Assembly (NCBI GenBank): GCA_963715825.1
Contig: CAVQSI010000017.1
Span: forward strand, 18,035 to 82,034
From: Ilumatobacteraceae bacterium
GTDB taxonomy: Bacteria; Actinomycetota; Acidimicrobiia; Acidimicrobiales; Ilumatobacteraceae
Direction: 5' to 3'
Length of the DNA: 64,000 bases
Part shown: in pieces, positions 25,099 to 35,528 of the stretch
Layout of the letters: each line of letters opens with the position of its first letter
Position numbering within the stretch: the stretch's first letter is position 1
Notes under the pieces: model-generated
Seen by the model: the letters and a program-made list of their open reading frames with translations, nothing else
Told to the model about the DNA's origin: nothing
Databases searched by the model: none
Made by a program: the position numbers and the translations under genes

Positions 25099-25593
25099 CT
25101 ACCGGTCACCGCTTGATCTGGGCGCCCACTTGGCACGTCGATGCAGCCAGGTCGGCGTCTGGTCCAGCGGTGGCCGAGCAATGCGATCGATGCCAAGGCG
25201 CTCCCCCACCTCCCCGAGCGATGCCCGGAGCTGCATGAATTCGACGTGGCCCTCGAGCCGGTCGACGAGTGTGTAGTTGCGTCGCGCCCGCATGGCGATC
25301 AGGCCCCCGGTCGGCGACATCTTCGACGAGCGGAACATCCCCTTGCGCGAGCGCGAGAGGCGATCGATGTCGTCCCAGTGGAGGCGTTGGTGACGCAGAA
25401 GGGCGCGTCGAGTGACCCCCTCCGAGTCGAACGACGACGAGATGGGCATGTCGAACAACACGACGACGCCGCTGACGAGCGCGACGAACGCCAGCGTCGC
25501 AGTGACCACCGGCGCCCCACCGGTGGCAATCGAGAGTCCGAGCACCAGAACCACCCCGGCGACGCCACCGAACGACATGATGATGCCCGACAT
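25099..25593 (-). CDS. hypothetical membrane protein (two N-terminal TM helices, possible PH-like C-terminal domain)
   Basis: Starts MSGIIMSFGGVAGVVLVLGL (Met69 of the track ORF) just downstream of the ABC ATPase stop. Composition is coding-like. No confident family. Confidence 0.5.
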   Translation of the reverse strand: MSGIIMSFGGVAGVVLVLGLSIATGGAPVVTATLAFVALVSGVVVLFDMPISSSFDSEGVTRRALLRHQRLHWDDIDRLSRSRKGMFRSSKMSPTGGLIAMRARRNYTLVDRLEGHVEFMQLRASLGEVGERLGIDRIARPPLDQTPTWLHRRAKWAPRSSGDR

Positions 25594-25652
25594 CGACGAG
25601 TGCAGGACCGTCGGTGCCGGAGCGTCAGATGCGGGCGCCGCTGGCACCCCGG

Positions 25653-26684
25653 TCACGTCGACGAGGACGACCCGAGGCTGACGGGCGTCGGAACCTCGCC
25701 CGGCTCCATCGGGAAGTGGCATGCAGACGCCAGCCCAGGCTCTCGCTCGACCAGAGGCGGCTCTTCGCTTGCACAGAGGTCCTGTGCCTTCCAACACCGT
25801 GTCCGGAACCTGCAGCCACTCGGCGGATCGATCGGCGACGGCACATCGCCTTCGAGCACGATCCGCTGGCGCACCTTCTCGATGGTCGGGTCAGGCACGG
25901 GCACCGCCGACAACAACGCCGTCGTGTACGGATGTGTGGGACGGTCGTAGATGACCTCACGGTCACCGATCTCGACGATCTTGCCGAGGTACATGACCGC
26001 GACACGGTCCGACACGTGACGCACCACCGACAGGTCGTGGGCAATGAACAAGTAGGCGATGTCGCGCTCACGCTGCAGCGACTTCAGCAGGTTCACCACA
26101 CCGGCCTGTACGGACACGTCGAGCGCCGACACGGGTTCGTCGAGCACGATGAAACTCGGATCGAGCGCAAGCGCCCGAGCGATACCGATGCGCTGACGCT
26201 GACCACCGGAGAACTCGTGCGGGTACCGGTTGCCGTGTTCGGGGCTGAGGCCGACGTCCTCGAGGAGCGAGGCGACCCGCTTCTGACGTTCCTTGCTGGT
26301 CATCGAGTCGTGGATCTGGAACGGCTCGCCGATGATGTCGTTCACGGGCATCTTCGGGTTCAGCGAGGCGTAGGGATCCTGGAAGACGATCTGCATCTTG
26401 CGACGCAGCCGCTGCATTTCCTTGGCGGCGAGGCCGACGACTTCGCGGCCCTCGAACACGACCGAGCCGGAGGTCGGCTCATGCAGGCGCAACAACGCCC
26501 GTCCGGTGGTGCTCTTGCCCGAGCCCGATTCGCCGACCAGGCCCAACGTCTCGGCGTGACCGATGTCGAACGACACGTCGGACACAGCCTGGACCTTGCC
26601 GATCACCTTGGTGAAGAACCCGCTGCTTCGGATCGGGAACTCCTTGACGAGGTTGGTGACCTCCAGCAACGGCTCAGCACTCAT
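25653..26684 (-). CDS. ABC transporter ATP-binding protein (OppF/DppF-type)
   Basis: Walker [10 protein letters not shown], signature [15 protein letters not shown], Walker [13 protein letters not shown], and a C-terminal oligopeptide-type extension with Cys motif. ATGA overlap with the upstream gene. Confidence 0.9.
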   Translation of the reverse strand: MSAEPLLEVTNLVKEFPIRSSGFFTKVIGKVQAVSDVSFDIGHAETLGLVGESGSGKSTTGRALLRLHEPTSGSVVFEGREVVGLAAKEMQRLRRKMQIVFQDPYASLNPKMPVNDIIGEPFQIHDSMTSKERQKRVASLLEDVGLSPEHGNRYPHEFSGGQRQRIGIARALALDPSFIVLDEPVSALDVSVQAGVVNLLKSLQRERDIAYLFIAHDLSVVRHVSDRVAVMYLGKIVEIGDREVIYDRPTHPYTTALLSAVPVPDPTIEKVRQRIVLEGDVPSPIDPPSGCRFRTRCWKAQDLCASEEPPLVEREPGLASACHFPMEPGEVPTPVSLGSSSST

Positions 26685-27811
26685 GGCGCACCATCGGCTT
26701 CCACGGTCGACTCCTCGGCCGGGGCTGATTCATCGGGATCGTTCTTGAAGGCGTTGCGGAACAGCATCGTTACATCCGGCTCGTCGGCGACGGCCTCCCA
26801 ACGGTGACACGCAGAACGGTGATCCGCCTCGTCGGTTGCAAGCAGCGGCGGCTCCGAGGTGAGGCATTCAGGCGCGACCAGCGGACAGCGGGCGGCGAAC
26901 TTGCATCCCTCTGGCGGCTGGATCAGGCTCGGCGGAGCGCCCTGGATGGGGATCAGCTCACCGGTGTCGCTCGTGAGCGACGGCACCGAGCCGAGCAGAC
27001 CGGCGGTGTAGGGCATCCGCGGGCGGTGGAACACGGCGTCGGCGGTGCCATCCTCGACGAACCGGCCGGCGTACATCACCCCGACACGATCGGCCACGCC
27101 GGCGACCACCCCGAGATCGTGGGTGATCAGGATGATCGCCGCGCCGACGCCTTCTTTGACCTCGAGCAACGTGTCGAGAATCTGTGCCTGCACCGTGACA
27201 TCGAGCGCGGTGGTCGGCTCGTCGGCGATGATGATCTCCGGGTCGTTGATGATCGCCATGGCGATCATCACGCGCTGGCGCATCCCGCCGGAGAACTCGT
27301 GCGGGTACGAATTCGCTCGCTGACGCGCCTGGGGGATACCGACCGTGTCGAGCATCTCGATCGCCCGCTCCTTGGCCGCCTTCGGCGCCACACGGTGATG
27401 CGACAGCACGGCCTCGGCGAGCTGACGTCCGACGGTGTACACCGGGTTCAGCGACGTCATCGGATCCTGGAAGATCATCGAGATGTTGTTGCCACGGAAC
27501 CCGCGAACCTTGCGCTCGGGCTGGCCGATGAGATCGTTCTCCAGGTACCGCGCGCGCCCGGTGATCTGGGCAGTCCTGGGCAGCAATCCCATCAGCGCCA
27601 TCGTGGACACCGACTTGCCGCAACCGGACTCGCCGACGATGGCGAACACCTCGTTGCGTTTGACCTCGTAGCTCACGCCGCGCACCGCCTCGACGACACC
27701 GTCCTCGGTCGGGAACGCGACGCCCAGATCCTCCACTCGGAGCAGGACGTCGTCCCACCCTCCGCTGGATCCAGTCGCACCGCTCGGGCGGGGCTCGATG
27801 ACCGCGGTCAC
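26681..27811 (-). CDS. ABC transporter ATP-binding protein (OppD/DppD-type)
   Basis: Walker [10 protein letters not shown], signature [14 protein letters not shown] and Walker [16 protein letters not shown] overlap with the permease gene. Confidence 0.9.
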   Translation of the reverse strand: MTAVIEPRPSGATGSSGGWDDVLLRVEDLGVAFPTEDGVVEAVRGVSYEVKRNEVFAIVGESGCGKSVSTMALMGLLPRTAQITGRARYLENDLIGQPERKVRGFRGNNISMIFQDPMTSLNPVYTVGRQLAEAVLSHHRVAPKAAKERAIEMLDTVGIPQARQRANSYPHEFSGGMRQRVMIAMAIINDPEIIIADEPTTALDVTVQAQILDTLLEVKEGVGAAIILITHDLGVVAGVADRVGVMYAGRFVEDGTADAVFHRPRMPYTAGLLGSVPSLTSDTGELIPIQGAPPSLIQPPEGCKFAARCPLVAPECLTSEPPLLATDEADHRSACHRWEAVADEPDVTMLFRNAFKNDPDESAPAEESTVEADGAP

Positions 27812-28842
27812 TGGCGCACCCGTGTCTGCTTGGGATCGAAGGCGTCGCGCAGACCATCACCGATGAAGTTGATGCACAGCGCAATCGTGACGATGAACAG
27901 CCCTGGCCACCAGAACAACCACGGCCGAGTGTTGAATGCGGTCTGGTACGTGGACACCTGTTTGCCGAGCGACCAGTCGCTGCCGCCAACGCCGAGGCCG
28001 AGGAACGACAGCGCCGTCTCGACCAGGATCGCGGCCGAGATGAGCAGCGTGGCGGTCACCACGATCGAACCGATCACGTTGGGCATGATGTGCCGCCAGA
28101 TGATCCGTTTGTCCGATGCGCCGAGCGCTCGTGCGGCCTCGACGTACTCCTTCTCGCGTAGCGACATGAATTCGGCCCTGATGATGCGCGACGTGGTGAG
28201 CCACGAAGCGAGGGCAATGATCAGCGCCAGGATGAAGATGCTCGACGAACCGAAGCGCCGACCGAGCACGGCGGCCACCAGCAGCAGCGGAATGGTGAAC
28301 ATCACGTCGACGAAGCGCATGATGACCGTGTCGGTCTTGCCCCGGTAGTAGCCGGAGAGCGCACCGAGCACCGTGCCGATCACCGTGGCGATCAGGCCCG
28401 CAACGACAGCGATCACGAGGCTCTGCTGCGCGCCGCGCAAGGTGACAGCGAAGTAGTCGCGGCCGATCGTGTCCTGGCCGAACGGGTGCTCTCCGAGCAT
28501 GACGCCGTCGCCGTCGAACCAGGGGACCACGTCGAGACTGGGTCGGCCACCGTCGACGAGCGTGCCGCTCATGTTGTAGGGGTACTTCCACAGCGGCAGG
28601 CCGACGTAGGCGAGGATCACGAGCGCCACCAGCACCGCGAGGCTGCCCATGGCGAGGCGGTGTCGGAAGAAGCGCCGCCGAACCATCTGCCACTGCGTTC
28701 TGGACTGAACGGTGAACTCCCCGGACTCGGCACGGCTCACGTCTTGGGAATCGAGCCCGGCGATGTTCACGCCGAAACGACCGGGTGCAGCAACCGACTT
28801 GGGGATGCGACCAGGATCGTGGCCGCTGGTGGGGTCGCTCAT
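27808..28842 (-). CDS. ABC transporter permease (OppC/DppC-type)
   Basis: 344 aa starting MSDPTSG. Has the EAA-like loop YVEAARALGASDKRIIWRHIMPN. The rest of the 646-aa track ORF is an Arg-rich artefact. Confidence 0.88.
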   Translation of the reverse strand: MSDPTSGHDPGRIPKSVAAPGRFGVNIAGLDSQDVSRAESGEFTVQSRTQWQMVRRRFFRHRLAMGSLAVLVALVILAYVGLPLWKYPYNMSGTLVDGGRPSLDVVPWFDGDGVMLGEHPFGQDTIGRDYFAVTLRGAQQSLVIAVVAGLIATVIGTVLGALSGYYRGKTDTVIMRFVDVMFTIPLLLVAAVLGRRFGSSSIFILALIIALASWLTTSRIIRAEFMSLREKEYVEAARALGASDKRIIWRHIMPNVIGSIVVTATLLISAAILVETALSFLGLGVGGSDWSLGKQVSTYQTAFNTRPWLFWWPGLFIVTIALCINFIGDGLRDAFDPKQTRVRQ

Positions 28843-30329
28843 CGACGAATCCTCGGGTCGAGATAGGCGTACAGGATGTCGGCGACAGCGTTCATGAAGA
28901 TGATCACGATCGAGGTGACCAGCAAGAAGCCCATCACCGGATAGGGGTCGACGTTGTTGAGTCCTTCGAGGAACAGCGAGCCCATGCCCTTCCAGGCGAA
29001 GACTCGCTCGGTGATGATCGCGCCTTCGATGATGCCGGCGATGCTGATCGTGATCACGGTCGTGACCGGGATGAGCGCCGTGCGGAAGGCGTGCCGCATG
29101 ATCACCTGGGTGCCGGGAAGGCCCTTGGCCTTGGCGGTTCGGACGTAATCGGACTTGAGCGTCTCGAGCATCGACGAGCGGGTGAAGCGCATGAACGTCG
29201 CGAAGCCGATCAGTGCCAACGTGATCGACGGCAGGACCTGGTGACCGGCGTAGTCGATCATCCGCTCCCAGAACGGACCGGTGAGGTTGGGGCTCTGCGG
29301 CCCGATCGTGGCGATCGTGCGTCCGGGACCCCACGCAGAGATGAACTGATCGAACACGACGACGAGGCCGACACCGATGGTCGTCCACATGCCGGCGCTC
29401 ACCGCAGCGCGGCGGTCGATCTCGCCGCCGACGATCGAACCGACTCCGGCACCGGTCGCCAGGGACAAGAATGTCAGCAGCAGCAGCTGGCCCCAGGTCG
29501 GATCCTCGATCCACGAGCTGAAGACCAGCGAGCCGACCACGCCGACGAGTGCGGTGATCAGACCAGCGGCGAGCACCCGGCGGTTCTCGAGCGGGGCGAA
29601 CAACGCCGCCGACCCGACTCCGATCAGCGCTGCGAACACCACGAGCACCGGCAGGGACAGCCCGGGGTTGAGCAGCCAATCGGTGGCCTCGATGATCGAG
29701 AGCACGACAAGGAAGACGACACCCGTCGCCGCGGCGATCAGCGCACATCGCCGTCGGGTGCCTTGGACGATGCCATAGGCGAAGAGCGCGGGAATCAGAC
29801 TGAGCAGGATGATCCCGGTGACGGAGAGCCCCGGGGCTTCGAGGAAGTCGTTGAAGCGGATGGCGCCGAACTCCTTGAGCAGCACGGCCAGCCAGAAGAC
29901 GGGGAGCGAGTAGAAGAGGAAGGCGGCGAACGTCGAGGAGTAGTCGATGATGCTGTACTGACGAACCGCCGTGATGATCCCGACCAGGATGCCGAGGATG
30001 ATCGACAGCAGCGAGGCGAGCAGCACCAGCCGGAACGTGGTGGTGACGGCGTCGCCGAGGAGAGCGGAGACGTCCTGCCCCTCACGGTTCTGGCCGAAGT
30101 CACCGCGGAGGATGCCGCTCAGCCAGTCGACGTAACGTTCGAAGAACCCCTGGTCGAGATTGAGGCGCTGGCGGCGGGCTGCGATCAGCTGGTCGACGTT
30201 GGGGTTGGTCGACTGGCGCAGATCGGCCAGGGGGTCACCGGAGATGGTGACCAGGAAGAACATGACGAACGACGACGCAAGCAGGATCGGGATGGCGACC
30301 AACATGCGGCGAACGATGAAGAAGAACAT
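28839..30329 (-). CDS. ABC transporter permease (OppB/DppB-type) with ~170-aa extra membrane insert
   Basis: Starts MFFFIVRRMLVAIPILL. Has the EAA loop DYVRTAKAKGLPGTQVIMRHAFRTALIP. Additional hydrophobic helices lie between about residues 170 and 340. Confidence 0.85.
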   Translation of the reverse strand: MFFFIVRRMLVAIPILLASSFVMFFLVTISGDPLADLRQSTNPNVDQLIAARRQRLNLDQGFFERYVDWLSGILRGDFGQNREGQDVSALLGDAVTTTFRLVLLASLLSIILGILVGIITAVRQYSIIDYSSTFAAFLFYSLPVFWLAVLLKEFGAIRFNDFLEAPGLSVTGIILLSLIPALFAYGIVQGTRRRCALIAAATGVVFLVVLSIIEATDWLLNPGLSLPVLVVFAALIGVGSAALFAPLENRRVLAAGLITALVGVVGSLVFSSWIEDPTWGQLLLLTFLSLATGAGVGSIVGGEIDRRAAVSAGMWTTIGVGLVVVFDQFISAWGPGRTIATIGPQSPNLTGPFWERMIDYAGHQVLPSITLALIGFATFMRFTRSSMLETLKSDYVRTAKAKGLPGTQVIMRHAFRTALIPVTTVITISIAGIIEGAIITERVFAWKGMGSLFLEGLNNVDPYPVMGFLLVTSIVIIFMNAVADILYAYLDPRIRR

Positions 30330-30418
30330 AAGCGAGGTGCTGAAACGAAGAGGGTGCGCCGGGCCGGAGCCCGGCGCACCCACTTCACGGTAGTCGGGTC
30401 AGCGTGACCCGTACCTGA

Positions 30419-32270
30419 TCAGGACAGCTGCCAAGAAGCAGCGTTCCAGGTGAGCCCGTTCTGCGACGGGTTGTAGATGATGTTGCCGGCGTTGTCGCTG
30501 TAGGCGACGACACCCGGGAAGCTGAACACCGGGATGGTGGCCAGGTTCTCCCAGAGGATCGTGTCGATCTGGTTGGCCAGTTCGGTCTGAGCCTCCGGAT
30601 CCGGGGTGACGAGCAGCTCGGCGAGGAGCGGCTCCATCTCCGGAATGTCGATGTTGCCGACGTTGTTGCCGGCACCCAGCTGGTAGGTCGACACAGCGCC
30701 ACTCTTCAGCGGGCTGCCCGCCCAAGCGAACATCGCGATGTCCCAGTCACCAGCGGCCAGCTCGACGTCGAAGAACGTCTCGGAGCCGGCGTCCTGGATG
30801 TCGAAGCCGATCTGGTTGCAGCTCTCGATGGTGAGAGCGACCTGGTCGGTACGACGCTGGTTGCCACCGTTGTCGAACCAACCGAGGCGCACCGGAACGG
30901 GCTGAGCGATGCCGGAAGCATCGAGCAGCGCCTGAGCGGCCTCGAGGTCGAGCTCGGAGACGCCACCAGAGTTGTCCTGGTAGCCCTCCTCGAACGGCTG
31001 GATCCAACGGTTGTTCAGCACTTCGGCTTCCGGGTTCACCGGCTGGATGAGCGCTTCGACGATCTGCTGGCGCGGGAGGCACTTCGCGAAGGCCTCACGA
31101 ACCTGGATGTCGCTCCAGATCTCGCTGTTGAAGTTGAAGTCGAAGTGCTCCCAGATGTACTGGTTGCCGGTCTCGACGACGACACCATCGGTTGCCGTCG
31201 AGCTGACCGATGAGGTCGACGCTCGGCTGGGGGTCCATGGCGTTGATCTCACCGTTGGCGAGAGCCTGCGCCTGAGCCTCCTCCGCGATGATGCGGATGA
31301 CGACCGGGCCTTCGGCCGGGGTGCCCCAGTAGGCCTCGTTCGGAACGAGCGTGACGCTGGAGCCCGCTTCCCATGAACCGAGGGCGAACTTGCCACCGGA
31401 GAGCATGGTGTCGGGGTTGATCTCGCCCGGGTTCACCGTGTAGAGCGTGTTGTACGTCTCGGCGATGGCCGTGATGGCCTCGATGTCGTCGGCCTCGAAC
31501 GCAGCGAGGAGATCCTCGACGCCCGATTCGCGCTCGATCACGTGGGCCGGGATCTGGCCGCCGAAGACGGACTGCCAGTCAGCGAACGGCTCGGCGTAGG
31601 TGACCGTGATGGTCTTGCCGTCCTCGGAGCATGCCGGCGCGCCGTCCATCTGGTCGTAGCCGGTCGTGCCGACCAGGTCGAAGAGGAACACTTCGGCCTC
31701 GGTCTCTTCGTCGATGACCGGCTCGCCGGCATCGTCGAGCTGGAAGTACAGGCCGTTGTTGGCGTAGTACTGCAGCAGGAAGTCGTCACAGTCGATCGGT
31801 TCGCCGTCGGACCACACCGCATCGGCGTTGACGACGTACTCGATGGTGAGCGGGTCTTCGCTGACGATCTCGACGGAGTCCATCAGCTCGGTGTCGAGCT
31901 CGAGGGCGCCCGTGGGACCAGCAAAGCTGTACGGGTTCGGCTGCACCTGGTTGAGCACGATGGTGTTCTTCACCGAGTTGCTGGTGCCGAGGTTGTTGTT
32001 GTAGTTGCTGAACTCCTGGGCGTTGCCGTAGGCAATGCCCTCGATCGTTGCTCCTCCGTCGCCCTCCCCGGCGTCGGTGGTGTCCTCGGTGGTGTCCTCG
32101 GTCATGTCATCGGTCGTGTCGGGAGCGTCCGTGGCGTCGGGCGCCTCGGTGGTGTCGCCGCCGGTGTCGCCGCTGTCGCCGCTGTCGTCATCGCTGCCAC
32201 AGGCTGCGAAGACCAGCGCCGACGCTGCGACGAGTGCAAGGGCCGAGCGGCCCCGTCGTGTCGTGTTCAC
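30419..32270 (-). pseudogene. family-5 (peptide/nickel-type) substrate-binding lipoprotein gene, interrupted by a frameshift near 31193
   Basis: The N-terminal ORF (31095..32270) has AGGAGG + GTG and the lipobox LVFAACGS. It is protein-like only as far as ...DLIGQLDG. The continuation ...TDGVVVETGNQYIWEHFDFN... to the C-terminus is in ORF 30419..31396, one frame over. Confidence 0.6.
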
Positions 32271-32472
32271 GTGGTTGTCCTCCTGGATGGGGTACAGAAA
32301 CGGGAGGTGTGTGGGATGCCGCAGGAACCGCCTGATCCGGATTGTCCGGGCCAGCGTTCGACCACAACGAGCGGCTTCTTCCCCTCCCTGGTGAAAGAAG
32401 CTCGCATGACCATAGCAGTGGCCGTTACCGAGTGGTAGGCGACCGTGTTTCCCCTGTGTGAAAAGTCAAACT

Positions 32473-32497
32473 GGCGACAGCCCCCTGTCAGGTCGCC
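32473..32497 (-). terminator. GC-rich hairpin directly after the tpiA stop, followed on the minus strand by TTTGACTTTTC
   Basis: ggcgacag-ccccc-tgtcaggtcgcc can pair as ggcgac/gtcgcc, or as gacag/ctgtc. A T-rich run follows on the transcribed strand (reverse complement of 32461..32472). Confidence 0.4.
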
Positions 32498-32498
32498 G

Positions 32499-33272
32499 TC
32501 AGGAACCGAACTGGACGATCTTGGCGAACTCGTCGGGATCGAGACTGGCGCCGCCGACGAGGGCGCCGTCGATGTCGGGTTGTGCCATCAGCTCGGTGGC
32601 GTTGGCGCCCTTGACCGATCCGCCGTACTGGATGCGCACGGCGTCAGCCGTCGCGTCGTCGGTGAGCTCGCGAAGCTTGCCGCGGATCGCCGCGCACACG
32701 GCCTGCGCGTCATCGGCGGTCGCGGTCTTGCCGGTGCCGATCGCCCAGATCGGCTCGTACGCGATCACGAGCGACGCGATCTGCTCGTTCGTTCGCCCGG
32801 CGAGGCCCGCCTCGATCTGGCCCAGCACCTTCGACTCGGTCTCGCCGGCTTCGCGCTCCTCCAACGTCTCGCCACAGCACATGATCGGGATCATCCCGTG
32901 CGCCTGGATCGCTGCCACCTTCTTGTTGACCATCTCGTCGGTCTCGCCGAAGATCTCGCGACGCTCGGAGTGCCCCACGATGACATAGACGACGTTCAGC
33001 TTCTCCAGGAATGCCGGCGACACCTCGCCGGTGAACGCACCGGTGTCCTCCCAGTGGCAGTGCTGCGCGCCGAGGTGGAAGTCGAAGTCCTCGGTTTCGA
33101 TCACCGTCTGGATGCTGCGGATGTCGGTGAACGGCGGATGGATGCTGATGTCGACATCTGCCAACGTGTCCTTGGGAACCAGGTAGTGCAGCTTCTGGAC
33201 GGTCTGGATCGCCTCGAAGTGGTTGAGGTTCATCTTCCAGTTGCCCGAGATCAGTGGACGTCGTGTGGTCAT
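32499..33272 (-). CDS. tpiA: triose-phosphate isomerase
   Basis: 257 aa with ISGNWKMN, VIVGHSERR, AYEPIWAIGTG and IQYGGSV. Overlaps the pgk stop (ATGA). Confidence 0.95.
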   Translation of the reverse strand: MTTRRPLISGNWKMNLNHFEAIQTVQKLHYLVPKDTLADVDISIHPPFTDIRSIQTVIETEDFDFHLGAQHCHWEDTGAFTGEVSPAFLEKLNVVYVIVGHSERREIFGETDEMVNKKVAAIQAHGMIPIMCCGETLEEREAGETESKVLGQIEAGLAGRTNEQIASLVIAYEPIWAIGTGKTATADDAQAVCAAIRGKLRELTDDATADAVRIQYGGSVKGANATELMAQPDIDGALVGGASLDPDEFAKIVQFGS

Positions 33273-34405
33273 GAGGTTCCGTTCATTCCGTTGCGGAGGG
33301 CATCGAGGCCCGGCAGATCGCCGTTCTCGAGCAGTTCGAGGCTGGCGCCGCCGCCGGTGGACACGTGGTCGACCTCGTCGTCGAGGCGGAACTGGGCGAG
33401 CGCCGCCGCGGAGTCGCCACCACCGACGACCGTGAAGGCCTTCGTGTCGGCCATTGCCTGCGCAACGGTGCGGGTACCGGACTCGAAGCGCTCGTCTTCG
33501 AACATGCCCATCGGGCCGTTCCAGAAGACCATTCGTGCGTCCATGATCACGTCGGTGAACGCTGCCGCCGAGCCCGGGCCGATGTCGAAGCCCTTTGCGC
33601 CGTCGGGGAGTCGGGTACCGAACGTGGCGTACTCGCCGTCGGCCGTCGTGCCCGTGATGTCGTCGGGCAGGTGGATGGTCTTGCCCTTGGCGCCGGCGTC
33701 GGCGAGCAGCCGCCTGCACGTGTCGACCTGGTCGGGCTCGAACAGCGAGTCGCCGATCGGTTTGCCCTGGGCCGCGAAGAACGTGAAGCACATCGCCCCG
33801 CCGATCACGAGCGAGTCGACGACGTCGAGCAGCGCTTCGACCACGCCGAGCTTGTCGGAGATCTTGGCGCCGCCGAGCACGGCGACGAACGGGTGCTTCG
33901 GCGTGTTGCGCAGGCCGAGGAGGACCTCGACCTCCTTCTGGAGCAGGCGTCCCATCGCCGACGGGACGAACTGCGGCGGCCCGACGATGGAGGCGTGCGC
34001 TCGGTGCGAGGCACCGAATGCGTCGTTCACGTAGCCGTCGATGCCGTCGACGAGCGTGGCGACGAAGGCCGGGTCGTTGGCGGTCTCGCCCGGATCGAAG
34101 CGCAGGTTCTCCAGCAGTTCGACACCGGGGGCGAGCTCGGCGAGGCGGGCGCGCACCGGGTCCATCGAGTACTTCGGGTCCGGTGCACCCTTCGGACGGC
34201 CGAGATGGCTGGCCGTCACGACAGTTGCGCCGCGCTCGGTGAGCCATTCGATCGTCGGCAGTGCCGCTCGGATCCGAAAGTCGTCGACGATCGCACCGTC
34301 GTCGAGCGGGACGTTGAAGTCGGTGCGCACGAGGATCCGCTTGCCGTCGAGGCCCCCGAGCGCCGTCTCCAGATCCTCCAACGTCGGGATGGAGGTGTCG
34401 CTCAT
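33269..34405 (-). CDS. pgk: phosphoglycerate kinase
   Basis: 378 aa with RTDFNVPL, SHLGRPKG, NLRFDPGE, VNDAFGASHRAHAS and GGGDS...STGGGASLE. Confidence 0.95.
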   Translation of the reverse strand: MSDTSIPTLEDLETALGGLDGKRILVRTDFNVPLDDGAIVDDFRIRAALPTIEWLTERGATVVTASHLGRPKGAPDPKYSMDPVRARLAELAPGVELLENLRFDPGETANDPAFVATLVDGIDGYVNDAFGASHRAHASIVGPPQFVPSAMGRLLQKEVEVLLGLRNTPKHPFVAVLGGAKISDKLGVVEALLDVVDSLVIGGAMCFTFFAAQGKPIGDSLFEPDQVDTCRRLLADAGAKGKTIHLPDDITGTTADGEYATFGTRLPDGAKGFDIGPGSAAAFTDVIMDARMVFWNGPMGMFEDERFESGTRTVAQAMADTKAFTVVGGGDSAAALAQFRLDDEVDHVSTGGGASLELLENGDLPGLDALRNGMNGTS

Positions 34406-34410
34406 GGCGC

Positions 34411-35421
34411 TCAGCGCTTGACCTTGGCGCCGGTGAACAGCGTCAGGTCGACGAGGCGGTTCGAGTAGCCCCATTCGTTGTCGTACCAGCCGTTGATCTT
34501 CACCATCTTGCCCATGCTCATCGTGAGCCCGGCGTCGAAGACGCACGAGTGCGGATCGGTGACGATGTCGCTCGACACGATCGGGTCCTCGGTGTACTTG
34601 AGGATCCCCTTCAGTGCCTTCTTGCTCGCCGCCTCGAACGCCGCGTTGATCTCCTCGACGCTGGCGGCCTTCTTCAGGTTGACGGTGAAGTCGGTGAGCG
34701 AGCCGGTCGGCGTGGGCACACGCAGGGCCGTGCCGTCGAGCTTGCCCTTCATCGACTGCATCACGAGCGACGTTGCGCGAGCAGCGCCGGTGGACGTCGG
34801 CACGATGTTGATGGCCGCGCCACGGGCACGGCGCAGGTCGCTGTGCGGACCGTCGACGAGGTTCTGATCGCCGGTGTAGGAGTGGATGGTGGTCATCAGG
34901 CCCTGCTCGACACCGAATGCATCGTCGAGCACCTTGACCATCGGCACGAAGCAGTTCGTGGTGCAACTGGCGTTCGAGATCACCTTGTGCTGGCTGATCC
35001 GGAAGTCCTTGTGGTTGACGCCGTACACGATGGTGATGTCGGCGTTCGAGGCCGGGGCCGACACGATGACGAGCGGCGCGCCGCCGTCGAGGTGGGCGCT
35101 GGCGGCCTCACGGCTGTTGAAGAAGCCGGTCGACTCGACGACGACGTCGACGCCGAGGTCGCCCCACGGGAGGTCGGCGGGGTTGCGCTCGCTGAGGACC
35201 TTGAGCGTGTCGCCGCCTGCCTTGATGCTCGACTTGGTCGAGGTCACCTTCGACGGGTACCGGCCGAGTACCGAGTCGTACTGCAGCAGGTGCGCCATCG
35301 TGTCGATCGAGCCGAGGTCGTTCACCGCCACGAAATCGATGTCGGCGCCGCTCGCTTTGGCGGCGCGGAAGAAGTTGCGGCCGATGCGTCCGAAACCGTT
35401 GATGCCGACGCGGATCGTCAT
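34411..35421 (-). CDS. gap: type I glyceraldehyde-3-phosphate dehydrogenase
   Basis: INGFGRIGRN, the active-site motif SNASCTTNC and WYDNEWGYS. AGGAGG lies upstream of ATG 35421. Confidence 0.95.
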   Translation of the reverse strand: MTIRVGINGFGRIGRNFFRAAKASGADIDFVAVNDLGSIDTMAHLLQYDSVLGRYPSKVTSTKSSIKAGGDTLKVLSERNPADLPWGDLGVDVVVESTGFFNSREAASAHLDGGAPLVIVSAPASNADITIVYGVNHKDFRISQHKVISNASCTTNCFVPMVKVLDDAFGVEQGLMTTIHSYTGDQNLVDGPHSDLRRARGAAINIVPTSTGAARATSLVMQSMKGKLDGTALRVPTPTGSLTDFTVNLKKAASVEEINAAFEAASKKALKGILKYTEDPIVSSDIVTDPHSCVFDAGLTMSMGKMVKINGWYDNEWGYSNRLVDLTLFTGAKVKR

Positions 35422-35528
35422 GACTGGGTGCCTCCTGGCGTAAGGGGTGTGAACGTCGATGTCCGCCCCTCACTGTAGTTCCCCAGCGTCGCGGGCTCGG
35501 AAACGTCGAGGTCGACGCACCGAATCGG

